IMG/VR virus record: IMGVR_UViG_3300025889_000073
Span: 96,001 to 160,000 of that record
Reading direction: 5' to 3' (one strand)
DNA: 64,000 nucleotides
Origin: a virus
Shown: positions 1 through 9,675 of the stretch, one piece after another
How positions within the stretch are numbered: the stretch's first letter is position 1
Layout of the letters: each line of letters opens with the position of its first letter
Made by a program: the position numbers and the translations under genes
The notes under the pieces: model-generated
Databases searched by the model: none
The model's input: the letters and a program-made list of their open reading frames with translations, nothing else
Told to the model about the DNA's origin: nothing

Positions 1-3000
1 ACGCTGTTGAAAGTGGAACAGGAGATATCTATAGATTTGGATATATGAGAGGTCCATTAATAAAAGGTTCTGGAGGGTTTAGTAATGTAATACCTACTTA
101 TTTTACTTCCGGTTACGGCATCGATCAATCATATTTTGGTTTAAAAACTGGTTCTTTAGACTACGATGTTTATGCGTGGGGCTCGCCAAGGGCCGGTAAA
201 TTAGGAAACGGAGAACATAGTGCAATTACTGTAAGTGATGCTTCTCCTTTTGTTTGGACAACAGAAGTTTCTAAAATATTAAGCACAGATACGAACACAT
301 TATATTTAACGAGCTCAGGTCAAGTTTATACTTTAGGTGTAGCTGATTCTATTGGTTATCTCGGTAATGGTAAAGTGAAGTATTCTTTAGAACATTATGG
401 TGAAATATATTCTTATCCCGTTCAAATTGGTGATGATACAAATTGGTCAAATGTGAAAACAGGAAATTATCATGCAGCTGCTTTGAAAGAAGACGGTACT
501 TTGTGGACTTGGGGACTTGGAGCAAATTATAAGTTGGGATTATTTGGTAGTTCGAATAGGTCTAGCCCAACACAAGTTACCGAAGGACCGACAACAGGAA
601 GTAATTATTGGAGTACTATTGAAGATTTAGATTCTTCCAAAACACTAACAAAAAGAGCTGACGATTCTCTGTGGATTTCTGGAACAGATGATTTAACTTT
701 ATATTATGATTCCCTCTATTATTTTGATTTGATTGGAAATTATGGAGGACTAAGAAATGTTAGACAATTACCAGAAAGATTTGGTAAATTTAAGAAAATA
801 GTTTCTCTAAGAAATCTTGTTGTTGCTATATCTAAAGATGATGGCTCACTTTGGTATTGGGGTAAAAGTATTAAAAAGGTGCCTGGAATAGATGATAACT
901 CCACTTGGAGTGAACCTAGTAGATTTACATTCAGCTTAAATTTTGATAAGAAAAGACCTAAACCACCTTCTATAGGATGGACAGATGTGCATATTGCACA
1001 AGTTTATGGAACTGATTATGATGGTAGTTTATCCACTAACGATGCAACGTGTTACTTTAATATGGTAGCACTACATGAAACAGAAGGTGCTTGGATTTGG
1101 TCTAAAAACTGGACTGGAGAATATGGGTACAACGATACGACATCAATGGAAGAATGGGTTACAGAACCTATAAACCAAACAAAACTTTTACCAGGCGATT
1201 CTGGAGCTAATTTTTATGATATTTCAAAATTACCGGACCCATGGTCTAACGATGCAAATACTACTTTGGGTAAAGGTATTGTAGAAACGCAAAATTGGAA
1301 AACTGGAAATTATTGGAAAAAAGTTCAAGTGGGTATTAAATCTGCTGAACATTTAAACTCTAATTGGTATGCTCCTAATTTCACCAATTTTTATATGGAC
1401 AGCGGTGAAGAATGGCACGATTTTACTAGAAGAGCAGGATACGTTTATGCTTTGGACCGAGACAACAATCTTTGGGTCTGGGGAGGAAACTACAAACACG
1501 CTTTAGGTAAGTACTGGATAAATGACCATTTTGGTACTGTTGACAGCTATTTACTTTATAATGAAAGTAGCATAAAATTTATAAGTCTATCAACTAGAGC
1601 CTTACCGCCTGCTTTTTTCGGTCTCTCTCCGCAAAACCATTTTTATCATGGCGCAGATTATTATAATCATAGTTCGACACCAGTTTTGGTTGGTTATGGC
1701 TATAGTGAAACTTCCGGGAGTAATTGGACGTATAACATCGATGAGAAAAATAGTTTTGATTTAGGTGTAAAAGATTTTTGTTTAAGTTATACATTGGATA
1801 ATATAATTTTAACATTAGACAATAAACTTTGGACACCAAACACCAATTCTGGTCTTACTAATTCTGGCCATACAGAACAATGGATTTATAGAGATTATTT
1901 TTTACCTAGATTGTTGATTTCTGAAAATGTTGAAAAAATATTTTCTGGTGTTGATAACTTTGCTATGATAAAAGAAGATGGGACTCTTTGGATGTGGGGT
2001 TATGGAACTTATGGTAAATTAGGAACAAATAGTACAACATATCAATCAACACCAACTTTAGTTTATACTCCAATTAATAATTGGAAAACAATTTATTGTG
2101 GAGAAAATCATACAATTGGTGTGACTGAAGATAATTATGTTTATGGTTGGGGTAAAAACGAAAATGGAACTTTAGCTCAAGGTGATATTGGTGATAATGA
2201 AGTTTATTACTCCACACCAGTATTAATTAATTATAGAAATTATTTCTCGGAACAACAATCAACATATACTACTTCAAAAAATTATATTAGTGTTGAAAAA
2301 ATTAAATCGAATACTACAGGAACAATTTCGATCGATTCAACCACACAATTATATGGTAAAGATGTTGGTTCTATTGATGTTCCTGGATTTTTAACGCAAA
2401 CTGTTATAACAACAAAAGAAGAAGAAACTTGGATTAGAACACAAAATGTTGAAGGTACAATTTATTACGGAAATACATGGACGCATTTGGATGGTTTAGA
2501 CACTACAATAACTCCTGCAAAATCAAATAGTAATGTAATAATACAACTTTCATTACAATATGATTATCCAATAACTGGAGATGGTTATAGTAATGCTTGG
2601 TCTAATGTGGTGACTTGGGATAATAGTAAAATAAATTGGTCAAACACTATTTTACAATGGAGTAATACATCAATATGGCAAAACACTATTGATTCTTGGA
2701 CAAACACAGTTGCAACTTGGGACAATGTATCTACTGGTAGTACAACAGATGTAGGCTGGGCAAATTCTAGTTGGTTGAATGTGATAGTTAGTGCCAACGG
2801 GCCCGGTACCGGCACCGGCGGAGCAGCAGGTTCTTCTGTTAATTCGTTTTATCATTTAGAATATGAAGGCGCTGCCGGTTCAGTCCGAGAGTATGGTTTT
2901 TATGACATGGGATTGTCTGTTGCTCCAACAAAAGTCAAATTTAAAATTATAAAAGGTAATGGAACAAACGGTCTGGAAACTCCAGACGCAAATGAATATT

Positions 3001-3863
3001 TACTGGTACAAGTCAGAAGTTATGACGCCACCTTAGGTACATTTGGCAATTGGGTAACAGTTTATACTGACGAGACTGATTTTACTAGAAGTTCACTTTT
3101 TTCTTGGGGTGAAGAAACCGTATCTTTAATACATTCACCAACGCAAGAGAACAACAACGCCCAGCATATAAGATTTCTTCAATTAAATCATAGTGGTCTT
3201 ACTTATGACAATTATGCTATAGATGACATTACATTTATTTTTGACACCGAGGTAGCCGCTTTTGGTTCTGGTGGACAAGAAATACTCGTATCAGATTTTG
3301 AAAACAATAGTTTACAAACAAATGTTAATATTGTAATTCAGAATATAGTTTGGACTAATACTCCTCTAACTTGGGATAATACCATTGACTCCTGGACAAA
3401 TACTCAAATATGGAATAATGTTCAGACAGCTTGGTCAAATGTTTGGTTAGGAGGTTGGAATAATGTTTCAACCACAAACTCCACATTTTTATATGAAACC
3501 AATAAAAATTATGGGGAAATTAAGATTCGTTTGAAGAAACAAGGTAAATTACTAACTAATGCTTTAGGTGTAACTACAGTAAATTCATATGATGATACAG
3601 GGTCGTTCGGTATTTCTGAAACAAGGTCTAATTATCAGCAATCCTCTTGGTTGTCTGTTTATCACTCAAATACAGAAGCTACCTATGCGGTTTCTGGAAC
3701 ATTAACCGGAATGTTCATTGACAATCTTTCACCAGAAGACTTTTTATATGATTATGGTACTGTTTCATACACACTAGAGGTTGGTGGCACAGATTCAGGA
3801 AATTTCTTTAGAATTCTTCCAAACAGTACTTTAAAAGTCATTGAAGTCCCGGCAAAAGACTAA
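1..3863 (+). CDS. RCC1/BLIP-II repeat virion protein (putative fibre or receptor-binding protein), 5'-truncated
   Basis: Frame is open from nt 3 (GCT GTT GAA ... TAT ATG) with no stop, so the true start probably lies upstream of the window. RCC1-like motifs include LKEDGTLWTWGLG..LG, IKEDGTLWMWGYGTYGKLG, G.NHTIG and SSPTQV/STPVLI. The C-terminal part has Trp-x-Asn repeats and a reelin-like segment. Confidence 0.75.
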   Translation, partial: AVESGTGDIYRFGYMRGPLIKGSGGFSNVIPTYFTSGYGIDQSYFGLKTGSLDYDVYAWGSPRAGKLGNGEHSAITVSDASPFVWTTEVSKILSTDTNTLYLTSSGQVYTLGVADSIGYLGNGKVKYSLEHYGEIYSYPVQIGDDTNWSNVKTGNYHAAALKEDGTLWTWGLGANYKLGLFGSSNRSSPTQVTEGPTTGSNYWSTIEDLDSSKTLTKRADDSLWISGTDDLTLYYDSLYYFDLIGNYGGLRNVRQLPERFGKFKKIVSLRNLVVAISKDDGSLWYWGKSIKKVPGIDDNSTWSEPSRFTFSLNFDKKRPKPPSIGWTDVHIAQVYGTDYDGSLSTNDATCYFNMVALHETEGAWIWSKNWTGEYGYNDTTSMEEWVTEPINQTKLLPGDSGANFYDISKLPDPWSNDANTTLGKGIVETQNWKTGNYWKKVQVGIKSAEHLNSNWYAPNFTNFYMDSGEEWHDFTRRAGYVYALDRDNNLWVWGGNYKHALGKYWINDHFGTVDSYLLYNESSIKFISLSTRALPPAFFGLSPQNHFYHGADYYNHSSTPVLVGYGYSETSGSNWTYNIDEKNSFDLGVKDFCLSYTLDNIILTLDNKLWTPNTNSGLTNSGHTEQWIYRDYFLPRLLISENVEKIFSGVDNFAMIKEDGTLWMWGYGTYGKLGTNSTTYQSTPTLVYTPINNWKTIYCGENHTIGVTEDNYVYGWGKNENGTLAQGDIGDNEVYYSTPVLINYRNYFSEQQSTYTTSKNYISVEKIKSNTTGTISIDSTTQLYGKDVGSIDVPGFLTQTVITTKEEETWIRTQNVEGTIYYGNTWTHLDGLDTTITPAKSNSNVIIQLSLQYDYPITGDGYSNAWSNVVTWDNSKINWSNTILQWSNTSIWQNTIDSWTNTVATWDNVSTGSTTDVGWANSSWLNVIVSANGPGTGTGGAAGSSVNSFYHLEYEGAAGSVREYGFYDMGLSVAPTKVKFKIIKGNGTNGLETPDANEYLLVQVRSYDATLGTFGNWVTVYTDETDFTRSSLFSWGEETVSLIHSPTQENNNAQHIRFLQLNHSGLTYDNYAIDDITFIFDTEVAAFGSGGQEILVSDFENNSLQTNVNIVIQNIVWTNTPLTWDNTIDSWTNTQIWNNVQTAWSNVWLGGWNNVSTTNSTFLYETNKNYGEIKIRLKKQGKLLTNALGVTTVNSYDDTGSFGISETRSNYQQSSWLSVYHSNTEATYAVSGTLTGMFIDNLSPEDFLYDYGTVSYTLEVGGTDSGNFFRILPNSTLKVIEVPAKD

Positions 3864-3879
3864 ATACTAAATTAAATGG

Positions 3880-3887
3880 AATAAATA
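3880..3887 (+). promoter_or_regulatory. T4-type late promoter (AATAAATA) before gp25
   Basis: 7/8 match to TATAAATA in an intergenic gap; the genome encodes gp55. Confidence 0.55.
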
Positions 3888-3892
3888 CCAAA

Positions 3893-4303
3893 ATGACCAC
3901 ACTCTCAACAGAAAAAACATATTCTAAAGGATTCAGAGACTTAGACCTATCCTTTCAGATACATCCTGTCAGGAAAGATATCAATGTACATAAAGATGAA
4001 TATGCGGTCATAAATTCAGTAAAAAATTTGATTTTAACTAATCATTATGAGAAGTTTTTTCATCCAGAAATTGGAAGTAACATTAGACGGTTATTGTTTG
4101 AAAATATAGATACAGTTATTGCTTCTCAAATAGAGAAAGAAATTGAAGAAACTATATTAAATTTTGAACCTAGAGTTCAAATCTCAAATGTAGTGGCTCT
4201 ACCTTCACCTGATGATAATCGATATAATATTGAAATGGAATTTTTTATTATCAATGTTGCAAGTCCAATAAAAATTAATTTCTTTTTAGAACGGATAAGA
4301 TAA
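3893..4303 (+). CDS. gp25: Baseplate wedge subunit, gp25-like
   Basis: FRDLDLSF..HP, NSVKNLILT...E+FFHPEIGS, I.NFEPRV motifs; directly precedes gp6. Confidence 0.93.
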   Translation: MTTLSTEKTYSKGFRDLDLSFQIHPVRKDINVHKDEYAVINSVKNLILTNHYEKFFHPEIGSNIRRLLFENIDTVIASQIEKEIEETILNFEPRVQISNVVALPSPDDNRYNIEMEFFIINVASPIKINFFLERIR

Positions 4304-4304
4304 G

Positions 4305-6359
4305 ATGGCAGACCGTTTAAGAGTTACCGAACTTGATTTCGATTCAATCAAGACAAATTTAAAAACTTTTCTGAATCAACAGTCTCAATTTACTGACTAT
4401 GATTTTGAAGGTTCTGGTTTAAATGTTTTAATTGACATTTTGGCATATAATACCCACTACAATGCTTACTATTTAAATATGGTGGCTAATGAAGCATTTT
4501 TAGATACAGCATTACTTCGTGATTCTGTTGTGTCTCATGCTAAGAGTTTGGGTTACACTCCATATTCAAAATCTGCAGCTAAGGCCTCGATAAGTTTTTC
4601 CACTGGAACAGGTTCTCATAAATTAACAATACCAAGAGGTTTTTCTTTTTTATCAAATCAAATTGATGGAAAATCATACAATTTTGTTGTTATAGAAGAT
4701 ATTACAAGTACTGCAGCTTCCGTTGGCGGGTCATTGGGAGGATATACTTTTCCCGAAATTTTTATTTATGAAGGACAATTTGTAACTTATAGTTATACAC
4801 AAAATGACAGTACAAATCCAAAATCTATTTTTACAATAGAAGATTCCAATGTCGATATTTCTACGATTAAAGTTTATGTAAAAGAATCTTCAGTTAGCAC
4901 AGAATCTGTTTTATATAATTTATCTACTGATGTTTTAAGTGATTCTAATTCATCCAATGTTTATTATATACAGGAAGGAAAAGCTGGAAAATATCAAATA
5001 TATTTTGGTAACGGAATAGTTGGTAAAAAAGTTCCTGACGGCGGCGTTGTAACAATAACGTATCTGGTAACAAATGGTTCAGAAGCTAATGGCGCCGATT
5101 CATTTAAAGCTACGGACACTTTGACCGATAGTAATAGTATTCTATTCACAAATTTTACAATTACAACAAATTATGCTGCAGCCGGTGGTTCTGATAGAGA
5201 AACTGTTGATTCGATAAAATTGTTAGCTCCAGCACAATATGCTTCTCAAAACAGATTAGTTACAAAAACAGATTATGGTTCATATTTAAAAAGAAATTAT
5301 TCTGCGGCTGATTCTGTTTCAGTTTGGGGTGGTGAAGACCAAGTTCCAAAAGTTTATGGTAAAATTTATCTTTCCATAAAACCTAAACAAGATTTATTCA
5401 TATCAGAAACAGAAAAAACTAGATTGATTGAAGAAGTTTTAAAACCAAAAACAATTATTGGTACAGATATAGAAATAGTGGACCCGGATTATGTTTTTAT
5501 TAAAGCTGTTACAAATATTTTGTATGATAAAAATAAAACAAGTAAAACTGAAACTGCTTTGAAAGCTTTAATTGAAAATACAATTTTATTATATAAAAAT
5601 GAAAATATAGATAAATTTGAATCCACTTTTGTAACTTCAAAATTGCAAAGATATATTGATTCAACTGACAGTTCTTTTGTTGGTTCTGAAACTTTAATTA
5701 GATTAGAAAAAAGAATTACACCTCAATTGAATAAAAATTATTCGTATAATTTTAATTATGGCATTCCTTTATATCGTGGGACAATATTAGATGGATTAAA
5801 AACAAACGAATTTAATTATCTTGATGGAACAATCCAAAGGGTTTGTCAAATAGAAGAAGTTCCACAATCATTTACTGGAGTGGAAAAAATACAAATTACA
5901 AATTCTGGTTATGGTTATTCAACGACACCAACGGTAACAATAACAGGAGATGGTAGTGGTGCTACAGCTCAAGCGGTTATAGTTAATGGAAAAATCGATT
6001 CAATTATAGTCACGAATAAAGGTTCAAATTATACTAAAGCTCTAGTTACTATTTCTGGAGGAAATGGTTTTGAAGGAGAAGCAACTGCTGTAATTTCAAA
6101 CGAAGTAGGAACACTTAGACTCTTTTATTATGATACAAATTCAGAAAAGAAAATTATTAATTCAAATATAGGAACTGTAAATTATAACACAGGCGAAGTT
6201 TTTATCAATGATTTAAAGATACAATCAATTATTTCTGGTAATTATTTGAAAGTTGATATTCAACCAAAGAGTTCTATAATTGAATCTCAGAGAAATACAA
6301 TCATAACAATAGATGAAGAAGATTCTTCTTCAATAATAACAAATTTTGAAATTCTATAA
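4305..6359 (+). CDS. gp6: Baseplate wedge subunit gp6
   Basis: ELDFDSIKTNLKTFL..Q..FTDYDFEGSGL..LIDILAYNTHY, SVVSHAK.LGY.P and QNRLVT..DY motifs. Confidence 0.95.
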   Translation: MADRLRVTELDFDSIKTNLKTFLNQQSQFTDYDFEGSGLNVLIDILAYNTHYNAYYLNMVANEAFLDTALLRDSVVSHAKSLGYTPYSKSAAKASISFSTGTGSHKLTIPRGFSFLSNQIDGKSYNFVVIEDITSTAASVGGSLGGYTFPEIFIYEGQFVTYSYTQNDSTNPKSIFTIEDSNVDISTIKVYVKESSVSTESVLYNLSTDVLSDSNSSNVYYIQEGKAGKYQIYFGNGIVGKKVPDGGVVTITYLVTNGSEANGADSFKATDTLTDSNSILFTNFTITTNYAAAGGSDRETVDSIKLLAPAQYASQNRLVTKTDYGSYLKRNYSAADSVSVWGGEDQVPKVYGKIYLSIKPKQDLFISETEKTRLIEEVLKPKTIIGTDIEIVDPDYVFIKAVTNILYDKNKTSKTETALKALIENTILLYKNENIDKFESTFVTSKLQRYIDSTDSSFVGSETLIRLEKRITPQLNKNYSYNFNYGIPLYRGTILDGLKTNEFNYLDGTIQRVCQIEEVPQSFTGVEKIQITNSGYGYSTTPTVTITGDGSGATAQAVIVNGKIDSIIVTNKGSNYTKALVTISGGNGFEGEATAVISNEVGTLRLFYYDTNSEKKIINSNIGTVNYNTGEVFINDLKIQSIISGNYLKVDIQPKSSIIESQRNTIITIDEEDSSSIITNFEIL

Positions 6360-8080
6360 TGTCTACAGATTTAAAAACTTCAGTACACATAAATTATCAA
6401 CTTCCTGAATTTATAAGAGAAGAATATCCTCTGTTTAAATCTTTTATGGAGGCATATTATGAATTTTTGGAAAATAAACAAAATGGAATTGATAATGATT
6501 TAATTACTAGGGGAAAAAATTTAAAAAACATTTCCGATATTGATTTATCTTTAGATGAGTTTGAACAACAATTTATGCAAACTTATGTAAATCTTTTTCC
6601 TCAAAATACTGAAGTCACAAAAGATTTTTTGATTAAAAATGCTTTAGCTTTATACAAAGCAAAAGGTACAGAAAGTTCATTTAAATTTTTATTTCGTTTA
6701 TTATTTAACGAAGAACTTGAATATGAAAGACCTTCAGACAATATATTAAAAACATCTGATGGTCTATGGAAAGTAGAAAATGCATTTAGGGTTCATCTAT
6801 CGGGCAACGAAATTTCTCAAACTATTATAGCTGATGGTGAAACTTTGTACTTTGATATGTTATATTCGTTAATAGATGACCATTGGACATATCGGACATT
6901 ATTTATTGATGGTGTGGATTATGGTGGCCTTTCCCTCGGCGATTCTGTAACACCTGGGTTTTTATATTTTTCCATTCCTGACCAACAAAAGCTTTTTCTC
7001 ATGCAATGGCGTGTAGGTACCCCGATTAACACGCCAGTACCAGAAGGAACAGAACTAAAAATATACTATAACGATTTTCAAAATTTTAATCCAAAAATAT
7101 TTAATAATAAAAAACTTACAGGAGTATATTCTGGAGCTTCTTTTGTTATTGAAGATGCGGTTATAGAAAATTATTTGGAAAACAAAACTATAAAATTTAC
7201 ATTGGACAGTAAAAGTTTAAATGGAAATTTTATTAGAAATGAACCAGTAGAAATATCTACATATAATGATTTTAACAAACCCGTCACGGTTAGATTGAAT
7301 CATTTTTCGGGTATAAAAAATATTAGTATAGATTCTTCTGGACCATATTCAAATTCATATAATGTTGGTGACCAATTGTCTTTTAATACTGGTGAAGATT
7401 TGTGGGTAGATTGGCAACTTGTACAGATTGGATTAGAAAATTATCTTTATAAAAAAACAAAACCAAGTGCGGTTGTTCAGTCTGTTGATTCGTCTGGAAA
7501 AATACAAAGTGTATTACTAACACGTTCTGGCCGTAATATAAATGAAGTTTTTTCTGTAAGTTCTCCTGATTACGGAGATTCAAATGCAAGTTTTACTGCT
7601 TCTTTGACGGACGTTATTGAATCTTTACCAGGAAATTATCATTCAGAAAAAGGTTTGTTATCTTCACCGTACAATAAAATACAATCTCAGACATATTATC
7701 ACAATTATTCTTATATTACAACATCTAAAATTGAATTTAGTAAATATAAAAATATATTTAAAAGTATTTTACATCCAGCTGGATTTCAACAGTATGGTGA
7801 TTGGTATAAATTATCAACTTTGGATGAAAAATCAATTCAAACTGTAGGTGTAACAACAAACACTTTTTCTGGATTGGTTTCGGTTCAAAATAATAGTCCT
7901 TATATTACAGGAATAGGAACAGATTTTACTGCTTCAGTTATTTACTTGCCCGGAACAAATATATCGGTTAACGATGAAGAAAAAACTGTTGTAAGTGTAA
8001 TTGATTCTTCCAATATAGAGGTCGATTCAGTATTCACAGCAAATGCATCTAATCAAGAACTTATGTTACATATTACCTAA
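6359..8080 (+). CDS. gp7: Baseplate wedge initiator, gp7-like
   Basis: QLPEFIREEYP.F..F+EAYYEFLE, Y.AKGT..SF.FLFR.LF and C-terminal YY..YSY...HPAG motifs; lies between gp6 and gp8. Confidence 0.75.
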   Translation: MSTDLKTSVHINYQLPEFIREEYPLFKSFMEAYYEFLENKQNGIDNDLITRGKNLKNISDIDLSLDEFEQQFMQTYVNLFPQNTEVTKDFLIKNALALYKAKGTESSFKFLFRLLFNEELEYERPSDNILKTSDGLWKVENAFRVHLSGNEISQTIIADGETLYFDMLYSLIDDHWTYRTLFIDGVDYGGLSLGDSVTPGFLYFSIPDQQKLFLMQWRVGTPINTPVPEGTELKIYYNDFQNFNPKIFNNKKLTGVYSGASFVIEDAVIENYLENKTIKFTLDSKSLNGNFIRNEPVEISTYNDFNKPVTVRLNHFSGIKNISIDSSGPYSNSYNVGDQLSFNTGEDLWVDWQLVQIGLENYLYKKTKPSAVVQSVDSSGKIQSVLLTRSGRNINEVFSVSSPDYGDSNASFTASLTDVIESLPGNYHSEKGLLSSPYNKIQSQTYYHNYSYITTSKIEFSKYKNIFKSILHPAGFQQYGDWYKLSTLDEKSIQTVGVTTNTFSGLVSVQNNSPYITGIGTDFTASVIYLPGTNISVNDEEKTVVSVIDSSNIEVDSVFTANASNQELMLHIT

Positions 8081-8087
8081 TAACGAG

Positions 8088-8095
8088 AATAAATA
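8088..8095 (+). promoter_or_regulatory. T4-type late promoter (AATAAATA) before gp8
   Basis: Intergenic, 6 nt upstream of the ATG at 8102. Confidence 0.55.
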
Positions 8096-8101
8096 GAAAT
8101 T

Positions 8102-9667
8102 ATGACATCGAAAACATTTCAATCTTTCAGCTTCAATACAGCTGAGCAATTCAAAGAAAGCTTTTTTGAGGCTGCGCCAACAATTACTTATGTTTTTGTG
8201 GGTAACCACGTTCCTTGGCCGGACGAAAATAATCCTCCTGTCGTTTTAGGTTCTCTTAATTATGAGAAAGATGCCTGGGATAATATGTTTGCTGCAAAGA
8301 AAATCACAGGAAATGACGTTGAATTGGTTGTGCCTTGGGCCGAATGGTTTTCCGGAAATACTTATAAACAGTACGACAATACTTTAGAAACACAAGAACT
8401 GTTGAGTGCAAATACGGATGCAGGTATAGATCAGATGTATGTTATTACTGATGAAAGAAATGTTTATAAATGTCTTAGTAATAATCAAGGTATAGCATCA
8501 ACAACAAAACCATCAGGTGATTATACCTCATCTAACGGCACAATAACTATGGCCGATGGATACATTTGGAAATATATGTTCAATGTTCCAATTTCAAATC
8601 GTTTTTTTGCAAATACTGAATGGTTTCCAGCACCTACAAGTTCAAGTCGGCAAGGTTTTAATGTAGACAGTACTGGTGTTGTTGATGGACAAATAACTAC
8701 TATAGTTGTTGAAAATGAAGGATCAGGTTACAGAAAAGTAAATTCAAATTCAAATCTTTATATTGCTGGTCAAACATCTTTAGGGTTTGCAAATACAAAT
8801 TATATTACTGAAAATATGGCTGTTTCTGGTATTGGTATTCCTGGTGGAACTTACATTACCTCTGTTGATTCTTTAACGAAAACAGTTAATCTTTCAATGG
8901 CAACATATTCTGCTGGCGGTGGCAGCACATCTGGAAATACAATATTCATTACACCAAGATTTTTCATTGAAGGTGATGGCACAGGTTGTGAAATAGAACC
9001 AATATCTAATACCTTAAACTTTTCATCTACAATAGCTTCTATAAATGTAATAAGTTTTGGTACTGGTTATACGAGAGCAAATGTTGTTACTTCTGGCGCC
9101 GGCACAAATTTTTCTGCCAGAGTTATAACTGGTCCTAAATTTGGTCATGCATATAATCCTGCAAAAGAATTAAATGCAAATAATGTTATGGTCAGAGTTA
9201 GAGTAGGAGAATTAGATTCTACTGAAGGTGGATTAATTAGAGATGATACTTCTTTTAGACAAATAGGAATGGTAAGGAATCCATATAAATATGGACAAAC
9301 AGTTACAACAAATAATGAAAATTCTAATACGGTAATTTCTCAAACAACTGATTTGACTGTAGTTTCTGGTTCCGTTTATACACAAAATGAAATTGTTTAT
9401 CAAGGAACAGATTTGGCCAATGCTACATTTTCTGGTTTCTTACAATCGGAAGAAAGTAATGTTTTAAAAATTACTAGAGTAAAAGGAACTCCAGCAATAG
9501 GAACAGCTGTTGTTGGAGAAACATCAGGTACTTCCAGGTCTTTACTTTCTATTAAAAATCCAGAGTTTGAACCTTATTCTGGTGCTGTGATATATATGGA
9601 AAATAATGAGAAAGTGGAAAGAACAGAAGGTCAATCAGAAATAATAAAATTTGTCGTTAGATTTTAG
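8102..9667 (+). CDS. gp8: Baseplate wedge subunit gp8
   Basis: W.DENNPP, YV+TDE.NVYKCL.N, DGYIWKYM, FRQIG++.NP and YSG.VIY.EN...R...Q.E.IK.V motifs. Confidence 0.9.
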   Translation: MTSKTFQSFSFNTAEQFKESFFEAAPTITYVFVGNHVPWPDENNPPVVLGSLNYEKDAWDNMFAAKKITGNDVELVVPWAEWFSGNTYKQYDNTLETQELLSANTDAGIDQMYVITDERNVYKCLSNNQGIASTTKPSGDYTSSNGTITMADGYIWKYMFNVPISNRFFANTEWFPAPTSSSRQGFNVDSTGVVDGQITTIVVENEGSGYRKVNSNSNLYIAGQTSLGFANTNYITENMAVSGIGIPGGTYITSVDSLTKTVNLSMATYSAGGGSTSGNTIFITPRFFIEGDGTGCEIEPISNTLNFSSTIASINVISFGTGYTRANVVTSGAGTNFSARVITGPKFGHAYNPAKELNANNVMVRVRVGELDSTEGGLIRDDTSFRQIGMVRNPYKYGQTVTTNNENSNTVISQTTDLTVVSGSVYTQNEIVYQGTDLANATFSGFLQSEESNVLKITRVKGTPAIGTAVVGETSGTSRSLLSIKNPEFEPYSGAVIYMENNEKVERTEGQSEIIKFVVRF

Positions 9668-9675
9668 GAAAAAAT

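Noticed and set aside
45-47. ATG at 45 as the start of the first gene
   Set aside because: The frame is open back to the window edge, so the gene probably starts upstream.
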